DNA of 63,929 nt, the filler included, from Octopus bimaculoides (Eukaryota): assembly GCF_001194135.2 (NCBI RefSeq). It is 9 parts of 8 records of this genome, joined end to end, with 100 filler letters (N's around TTAATTAATTAA, not from the genome) between each part and the next. Parts side by side here need not be neighbours in the genome. Positions count along the whole stretch, not along the records: positions 56,874 to 62,796 come from NW_026358742.1; positions 62,897 to 63,929 come from NW_026309179.1; 7 more parts are not named here. One strand, 5' to 3'. Shown piece after piece: positions 59,966 to 63,929 of this stretch. A program made the position numbers and the translations under genes. The notes under the pieces were generated by a model. The model ran no database searches, was not told where the DNA came from, and saw nothing but the letters and a program-made list of their open reading frames with translations. The number at the start of each line of letters is the position of its first letter. Positions within the stretch are counted from its first letter, which is position 1.

Positions 59966-62054
59966 CATCTCAGTCATACGTAAAATAATGCTAAGCCAAA
60001 AAACGTAATCTTAGAAAACTAAGTAAAAGAAAAAATGTATCAAATACAAGGAATTGTCTAATAAAAAATTATTGGATGTCAAAGTATATGTTATCTGCAC
60101 TGAGAACTACCATATGTAAAACATGTATCTAATGGAACAATCAGCTCATTAAAAGAAATATGTGAATTAAGGTTTCGTTTAATTCCTAAAGAACAAATTG
60201 CTATGCGCGAAGAAAAACTCAAGAGAATGTCAGAGATCTTACGTCAAACAGTATAAAGAAAATATACTTTTGGATTGCCGATAGGATTGGCTCTTTGTAA
60301 TTATAAATTGTTGTTAAAATATAAAATCTGTGAATATTGTATATAATAAATACATCTATTTTAAATAAAATGATATATTATTGGCTTATATATGTGTTGT
60401 GAAATTACATAAATAATTATATAATATTTCATATAATTTAAACCAAAGAAAAGCAAATCTCTTTGAAAATATAGGTACTTATCCTTCTAAAGACTAGAAT
60501 AGCGAAGATATATGATTTATTTCCCTAAATTATATGAAAAATAATGCCATGTATACAACAAAGTCTAAGAGTAACAAACGTAAGAGGAAAATAGCAACAG
60601 AAACACGTATGTTTAAAATGTTATAAATATATTAAAGAAGATCAAATAACATATATGTTATATGACATAAGCTAGAGGGAAGAATTGTTAACATGGAAAC
60701 AATGACAAATCAATGACGTAGGAAGGAAGCTGTTCTTGAAAGTTAAGTCTAGTGCTGAAATACAGATCCAAGAACTAGAATAATGTCGTAAAACTTACGT
60801 GAGATAGATGTTTTGCATTTATGTTTTGAATTCAGAAGCAACATATTTTACATGTAATAACAGTGCATCTAACTTTAAATCCATACTTAAACACGGCATT
60901 TTAACGAAACGATAGATGTTCTAGGTATAATCAATAAAATATGTTAGAATTGTTGCATCCTACATTACGTACAAATCCGATATATCTTTTTCGCATACTG
61001 CATATTCTGCTCTATAGTATTTTAATGCAATGGAAGATGATAACAACTCGAGTATTACATCATTCAATTTAGGGCTGAGAATTACCGACTTTTACAGCTG
61101 CCCTCAACTATGAAACTCCATTATTTTTATAAAAATACAAACATTGCCATTACAATACATGCAAGAATATCTATTATTGTTTGTGACAGTTCTATCATGA
61201 ACGTGAAATATTCAACTATGATAACCGGTGTGATTATAGGATCGGATGGATAATATCGGATTGTATATGATAAATTCTTTGGACGATAAATGGCCCTTTG
61301 GCATTTGGGAGTTTTCTCGATCATATAGATTCCGTAATAGCTATGATACCCTTTTAAAACGTGAAATGAAGTTGTTTATTTTCTAACATACGAAGGTTAT
61401 TTTAACACCATCAACATTTTTTATGTCACTCAAAAGGTAAATAATTCACAACATAAACGAAAACTTTACAAAACCTGCTATCTGCAATGTGTTCAAAAAT
61501 ATTTTAACCCCCGAAATCTAGCAACAGTGTAGTGGAATCTTTTTATTGATATTCTTCAATTTCATCGTGTAGTGATTAAGATAGCCCTCATCCAAAATCA
61601 TTTTACATAAAAGTAAAACACTAATTAAATGGGAATTTACACATGCCACATATGGAAAACAAAGGTAGAACTTGAATGATAGAATCTGCGCTTCATAAGT
61701 TCTAAGTATTAAACTCATCGAGAAACATCTCCCACTATACAACGAGTAAGCAAATTAATAGAATGAAATTTATCATTTACTTAAAATTTTGCATAAGATA
61801 CGTGTAATTATAATTTCACCGGATCAGCATTCGTGGCTAATTATCAACATATTGTAAAAGGTAATTGAATCGTTATCAGGAAGTCTTCCTGCGGAAAAAA
61901 TTATCAGAACTTAGCTCGTATAATGCGTCAAATAAAACCATTAAAATATCTTCCCTATATTATTTTAATCCCTAGATTTTTACAGAAAACTTAGCACGCG
62001 CATAATGATACATCGCTATCTAAAATCTACGATAAATGCAATTTAATATATAAC

Positions 62055-62245
62055 GTTGAGCTAGCAGAATCGTTAACACACCGGGAAAAATGCTTAGCGC
62101 CATTTCGTCCGTTTTTACATTCTGAGTTCATATTCTGCCGAGATCGACTTTGCCTTTCATCATTTCAGGTGTCTATAAAAGTACTGGGGTCAATGCAATC
62201 GACTTACCCCTTCCACAAAATTGCTAGTAAGGTACCAAATCTGAA
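62055..62245 (+). mobile_element. SINE family B
   Basis: gagctagcagaatcgttaacacaccggg...gatcgactttgcctttcat. Confidence 0.9.
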
Positions 62246-62544
62246 ATTAATATAAAACATTTCTTTCGGATTTGATAGCAACCTCAGTTTGGAAACATCG
62301 GTAACCGAGATTCATCCAGGCGTCAATAGGTGGTGGCCACTCTGATATTTCTTGTGGTATTTTGTCCAGGTACCGTCTGTGGTTCCGTGGTCTTTTTCTT
62401 TTATGGTTTCTTTCGGAACAATGTTGAAAAAGTCATAACCGATTGAAATAATTCAGTGTTGTTAATAAAATCTTATCCTATATGGTTCTGGGGCAAATTC
62501 TTTAGTGTCAAGAAACTGATACTGCTATTGTTTGAACTACATTG

Positions 62545-62755
62545 GTTTCAAATTTTGTCACAAGGCCAGCAATTGAGGGGTAAGTCGATCACGTCATCAC
62601 CAATGATCAACTGGTACTTATTTTATCGACCTCGAGAGAATGAAATGCAAGGTTTTTTTTCTGGCTGGAATTTGAACCCAAAACGTGAAGACGGACGATA
62701 TACTGCCAACCATTTTTGCCGGGGTACTAACTATTCTGCCAAATCACCACCTTAT
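62545..62755 (-). mobile_element. SINE family B
   Basis: tttcaaattttgtcacaaggccagcaatt...actggtacttattttatcgacc. Confidence 0.85.
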
Positions 62756-63050
62756 CGTTCGATCAATAATGCAGGGGTCACGGTGGGTAGGAGAAANNNN
62801 NNNNNNNNNNNNNNNNNNNNNNNNNNNNNNNNNNNNNNNNTTAATTAATTAANNNNNNNNNNNNNNNNNNNNNNNNNNNNNNNNNNNNNNNNNNNNAAAT
62901 AGTAAATGAGTATATGCATATATACATATATATATATATATATATACGTATAGATGTAAGTATGTACATAAACGTATGTATATATGCGTATATATATGTG
63001 TGTATGTCTGTGTGTGTGTGTGCGCGTGCGCGTGTGTGTGTGTATGAACA

Positions 63051-63082
<32 letters not shown>

Positions 63083-63866
63083 CATATGGTGGTGGGGGGG
63101 GCAGTGATGGTGGTGGTGTTGGTAGTAATTGTGGTGATGATGCTGATGGTGGTGGTAGTGGTACATTAATGTAATGTAACGTAATGTAATATAAAGCTGA
63201 AGCAAATTAACACCAAATATACAGTGCATGTGTTTTTATTGGCTAAACTGTCAATATGACCATACAAGAATATATATATGTGTGTGTGNNNNNNNNNNCC
63301 AAATATACAGTGCATGTGTTTTTATTGGCTAAACTGTCAATATGACCATACAAGAATATATATATGTGTGTGTGTGTGTGTGTGTTTATATACACGTGCA
63401 TATGCATACATACATACATGACTGTGTATAATAAAATAAAAGATGGACAGGTAGTTGTAAGGCATCAAGGCGTGTGTATATATCTACGTGTGTGAATGCG
63501 TGTGTATGTACGTAGATGTATACATGATGTATGTGTGTTTATATATATATATAATATTTATATACACACATACACTGACATATATATACACACACATACA
63601 TATAATTGAATATCTACATAGATATATATGTAGACATATATATATGAACATATATTTACATATATACATAAGTATATATATGTATGTATATGTAAAAACA
63701 TACATATATATCTATATTTACTTATATATATGTGTATCTTCATACATATATATATGTATGTATATCTACATATATATTTATATAACATATATATATATAT
63801 ATATATGCCTGCATAAATCACTATATATATGTATATATACATATATGTGGGTGCATGTGCATGTGT

Positions 63867-63899
<33 letters not shown>

Positions 63900-63929
63900 A
63901 TAAAGATATGTATACATATATATATATAT

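Noticed and set aside
1813-63917. Long ORFs rich in YI/IY, HT/TH, CV/VC, RE/ER or X in the ORF track
   Set aside because: Translations of dinucleotide microsatellites and N gaps, not genes

Overview
AT-rich, draft-quality eukaryotic genomic DNA, very probably from an octopus. This is inferred from the tRNA-derived SINE families, the extreme (TA)n/(CA)n/(GA)n/(TAA)n/(CAT)n density and the transposon mix; no database search was run. I cannot name any intact protein-coding gene, and most long ORFs in the track are microsatellite or N-gap artefacts. The window is a transposon graveyard: a full-length but broken Tc1-family element with DD36E (Incomer-type) spacing, a maT (DD37D) remnant, three mariner fragments, several RTE-clade and one CR1-like LINE remnant, two 3' fragments of a CRE-like (restriction-like endonuclease) retroelement, two different Penelope-like (PLE) GIY-YIG remnants (Neptune-like and Naiad-like), many SINEs (some nested or tandemly arrayed) and TTAA-, hAT- and fold-back-type MITEs. 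The most notable hidden signal is eight minimal type-I hammerhead-ribozyme-like motifs of the PLE type from several families. They include unusual catalytic-core variants (U3-A8, U4C, A6U, extra nucleotide after A9), and two sit in fold-back palindromes. There is also a near-perfect palindrome with ~170-bp arms, and a low-confidence chain of phase-compatible minus-strand candidate exons containing one in-frame TAG. Eight 100-bp gaps carry an artificial TTAATTAATTAA linker, so order and orientation across them are uncertain.
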